Source: Sphingomonadales bacterium | GTDB taxonomy: Bacteria; Pseudomonadota; Alphaproteobacteria; Sphingomonadales; Sphingomonadaceae | Direction of reading: 5' to 3' | DNA: 64,000 nt | NCBI GenBank assembly: GCA_038234155.1 | Contig: JBBSUT010000002.1 | Location: 7,504-71,503, forward strand | Part shown: piece after piece, positions 61,215 through 64,000 of the stretch | Layout of the letters: every line of letters starts with the position of its first letter | Position numbering within the stretch: position 1 is the first letter of the stretch | Notes under the pieces: model-generated | Told to the model about the DNA's origin: nothing | Seen by the model: only the letters and a program-made list of their open reading frames with translations | The model's database searches: none | Made by a program: the position numbers and the translations under genes

Positions 61215-62518
61215 ACACCATAATTGACCGCAAGGTCCGCCCCGACGGGTTTTTCGATGCGCCGCTGGTGAAAACCGATCATGCGGTGGCCGAGGCCATC
61301 TCGGCCGAGCTGCGGCGCGAGCGCAAGCAGATCGAACTGATTGCGTCCGAGAATATCGTCAGCCAGGCCGTGCTGGAAGCGCAGGGGTCGGTGTTCACCA
61401 ACAAATATGCCGAAGGTTATCCCGGCAAGCGTTATTATCAGGGCTGCGCGCCGTCTGATACGGTGGAGAAGCTGGCGATCGATCGGGCCAAGATGTTGTT
61501 TGATTGTGCCTATGCCAATGTCCAGCCGCATAGCGGCGCGCAGGCCAATGGCGCGGTGCTGCTGGCGCTGATCAAACCCGGCGACACCATATTGGGCATG
61601 AGCCTGGACGCTGGCGGGCACCTCACCCATGGCGCGGCGCCGGCGATGTCAGGCAAATGGTTCAACGCGGTGCAATATGGCGTGCGCGAGGAGGACCAGC
61701 TGATCGATTACGACGATGTCGAGCGGCTGGCGATGGAGCACAAGCCCAAGCTGATCTTCGCGGGCGGCTCGGCCTATCCGCGGCATATCGATTTTGCCCG
61801 GTTCCGCGCTATCGCGGACAAGGTGGGCGCTTATCTGCAGGTGGATATGGCGCATTTCGCCGGGCTGGTGGCGGCTGATATGCACCCGAGCCCGCTGCCG
61901 CACGCGCACGTCGTCACCACCACCACGCACAAGACGCTGCGCGGCCCGCGCGGCGGCATGATCCTGTCGAACGATGAAGCGCTGGGCAAAAAGCTCAACA
62001 GCGCGGTGTTCCCCGGCCTTCAGGGCGGACCGCTGATGCACGTCATCGCCGCCAAGGCGGTGGCCTTTGGCGAGGCGCTTCGGCCGGAGTTCCGCAGCTA
62101 CACCGCCGCCGTGCTGGAAAACGCCAAGGCGCTGGCGCAGCGGCTCAAGGATCGCGGCGCGGACCTGGTGGCGGGCGGCACCGACACGCATGTCGCGCTA
62201 ATCGATCTGCGGCCGCTGGGCGTCACCGGCAGGGATGCCGACGAGGCGCTGGAACGTGCATCGATCACCTGCAACAAGAACGGCATCCCGTTCGATCCGC
62301 TGCCGCCGACCAAGACCAGCGGCATCCGCGTCGGATCGCCCGCTGGCACCACCCGCGGCTTCGGTATCGCGGAATTTCAGGAGATCGGCGATATGGTGGC
62401 CGACGTGCTGGACGGCCTGCGCGACAAGGGAGAACAGGGCGATCCCACTGTGGAGGCTGATGTCAAGAAACGCGTCGAGGCGCTGTGTGATCGCTTCCCG
62501 ATCTACGAAGTCCAATAG
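61211..62518 (+). CDS. glyA: serine hydroxymethyltransferase
   Basis: In frame with ORF 61115..62518. The start is MNTIIDRK (ATGA overlap with rpiB). LIASENIVS, and PLP-Lys in [14 protein letters not shown]. Confidence 0.97.
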   Translation: MNTIIDRKVRPDGFFDAPLVKTDHAVAEAISAELRRERKQIELIASENIVSQAVLEAQGSVFTNKYAEGYPGKRYYQGCAPSDTVEKLAIDRAKMLFDCAYANVQPHSGAQANGAVLLALIKPGDTILGMSLDAGGHLTHGAAPAMSGKWFNAVQYGVREEDQLIDYDDVERLAMEHKPKLIFAGGSAYPRHIDFARFRAIADKVGAYLQVDMAHFAGLVAADMHPSPLPHAHVVTTTTHKTLRGPRGGMILSNDEALGKKLNSAVFPGLQGGPLMHVIAAKAVAFGEALRPEFRSYTAAVLENAKALAQRLKDRGADLVAGGTDTHVALIDLRPLGVTGRDADEALERASITCNKNGIPFDPLPPTKTSGIRVGSPAGTTRGFGIAEFQEIGDMVADVLDGLRDKGEQGDPTVEADVKKRVEALCDRFPIYEVQ

Positions 62519-62553
62519 GCGGCCAGGGCCGATTGGCTAATTGAAAGACCACC

Positions 62554-63015
62554 ATGCGCTGCCCCTATTGCGCCCATGACAACAGCCAGGTGAAGGACAG
62601 CCGCCCCAGCGAAGACGGGGCGGCCATCCGGCGGCGGCGGCAGTGCGAGAGTTGCGCGGCGCGGTTCACCACGTTCGAGCGGATCCAGCTGCGCGACGTC
62701 ACCGTTATCAAGAGCGAGAACCGGCGCGAGAGTTTCGATCGGTCCAAGCTGGAAAAATCGATCGCACTCGCCTGCCGCAAGCGCAGCGTGGCGCAGGAGC
62801 GGATCGACCAGCTGGTCTCCGGAATCCAGCGCCAACTGGAGACCAGCGGCGACAGCGAAGTGCCCGCCGGACGCATCGGCCAGATGGTGATGGAGGGGCT
62901 TCAGCAGCTCGACAGCGTGGCCTATATCCGCTTCGCATCGGTCTACAAGGACTTCACCGAGGCGCGCGATTTCGAGGAGTTTGCGGGCACGGTGAAGGAC
63001 ATCGGCGGCCAGTAA
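62554..63015 (+). CDS. nrdR: transcriptional repressor NrdR
   Basis: 153 aa. Zn-ribbon MRCPYC...RRRRQCESC plus an ATP-cone. Confidence 0.96.
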   Translation: MRCPYCAHDNSQVKDSRPSEDGAAIRRRRQCESCAARFTTFERIQLRDVTVIKSENRRESFDRSKLEKSIALACRKRSVAQERIDQLVSGIQRQLETSGDSEVPAGRIGQMVMEGLQQLDSVAYIRFASVYKDFTEARDFEEFAGTVKDIGGQ

Positions 63016-63086
63016 ACCGTCCGTCCCTGCGGCAATTCGACAGCGCGGGTCTTTCGGCGTTAAGTTTTTATCTCTATCGTCGGCCC

Positions 63087-63728
63087 ATGGCCAAACGCGT
63101 CGCCATTATCCTGGGTCTCGTTGTCGCTGCGCTTTTGGCGGGGTTGGCTGGCGTGGAACTGTTGGGCGGGCCCTTCATCTCGCGAGGGCCGGACGACGCG
63201 CCGCCCGCCGTCCAGCGCTATGCCCTGGGCCGCGATATCTACCGATCAGAGGACTACAACGTCGACACGCGTTATGCCCCCTATGAACCGGGCGGCAAGC
63301 GCATAGCCAGGCCCACCATCGGTGGTGCGCGCGCGCTGGAGCCTTATCAGGCGGCCCGGCCGGATCACCGCATCGTTTTCGATACGAACTGGCAGCCTGT
63401 GCTGGAGGAGGGGGGAACAATTGATTACGACATGATCGACCCGCCGGTGCGCCCCAAACCCCGCCCGCGCCCATCGCCCGCAGCGGCCCCGGCCAATGCC
63501 CCGCAAAATCTGTTGCCCGGCGAATTTCGACGGACCGAAACACCGGTTCGGGCCGTGACCGATCCTGCGCCGGACACGCCCCCGGTCGCGCCGTCGCCGT
63601 CACTTGCGCCAGCGCCAGCGCGCAGCGACGCGGTGACCGACACGGAGAGGCGGATCAACGACATCACGCGCGCAAGCGCCCGTCGGCACGCCGCACCAGC
63701 CGACAGTACGGACCAGCCGGGCATCTGA
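63087..63728 (+). CDS. hypothetical membrane-anchored proline-rich protein
   Basis: In frame with ORF 62643..63728. The start is MAKRVAIILGLVVAALLAGLAGV (TM). The C-terminal half is Pro/Ala-rich. No homologue is recognised. Confidence 0.55.
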   Translation: MAKRVAIILGLVVAALLAGLAGVELLGGPFISRGPDDAPPAVQRYALGRDIYRSEDYNVDTRYAPYEPGGKRIARPTIGGARALEPYQAARPDHRIVFDTNWQPVLEEGGTIDYDMIDPPVRPKPRPRPSPAAAPANAPQNLLPGEFRRTETPVRAVTDPAPDTPPVAPSPSLAPAPARSDAVTDTERRINDITRASARRHAAPADSTDQPGI

Positions 63729-63792
63729 ACGAGCGCGCACGGTCACCGCGCGGAACCGCAGACGGTGCGCCACGTTAACGCCCCTGAACATC

Positions 63793-63906
63793 ATGTTCGG
63801 CGGGATGACAGCGATGAGTTATGGTAGATTGACGACCCGCTTTCTGATGCTGACCGCTCCGGCGTCAGCACTTGCCGTACTGATCGCCTGGCTCACCTAC
63901 GTCTGA
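63793..63906 (+). CDS. possible 37-aa membrane peptide (very tentative)
   Basis: MFGGMTAMSYGRLTTRFLMLTAPASALAVLIAWLTYV. No clear SD sequence. It is followed 4 nt later by the perfect hairpin CCACCAT-ATGG-ATGGTGG (63911-63928). Confidence 0.15.
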   Translation: MFGGMTAMSYGRLTTRFLMLTAPASALAVLIAWLTYV

Positions 63907-63975
63907 CCGCCCACCATATGGATGGTGGAACGCCGTTTCCCAGCGCTCGTTTTTTGCAATCCAAGGAGATTTGAC

Positions 63976-64000
63976 ATGGCAACAACCAATTGGGGCACTG
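63976..64000 (+). CDS. start of an unidentified gene (runs off the right edge)
   Basis: ATG preceded by AAGGAG at a spacing of 8 nt. Only MATTNWGT is visible. Confidence 0.35.

Overview
High-GC (about 65%) alphaproteobacterial chromosome segment. The gene content looks Sphingomonadaceae-like, which is inference from protein signatures only. The window is almost entirely core housekeeping DNA. It holds the rimP-nusA-ylxR-infB-rbfA-(tdk)-truB-rpsO-pnp superoperon, ligA, recN, bamD and parC. It also holds ffs-dnaX-ybaB, lon-hupB, purC/purS/purQ, rpiB-glyA-nrdR and an otsB-GH15-otsA trehalose operon. Also present are kynU, several secreted peptidases (M16, M28, S46), a GDSL autotransporter esterase, two tRNAs and the SRP RNA. 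I saw no transposase, integrase, phage gene, CRISPR array, toxin-antitoxin pair or recognisable defence gene. I could not identify a convincing novel multi-gene system. The best leads are modest. (1) A roughly 140-bp hairpin-rich repeat segment sits in frame inside truB. (2) A TIGR02117/DUF2459 protein with His...Cys motifs reminiscent of permuted NlpC/P60 enzymes lies next to a small exported Cys protein. (3) A compact protein has the Rieske-oxygenase domains in reversed order and is tightly coupled to a PQQ dehydrogenase. (4) A GH15 hydrolase is translationally coupled between otsB and otsA. Start codons were refined by hand from the ORF track. Many long ORFs in the track are antisense shadows typical of high-GC DNA.
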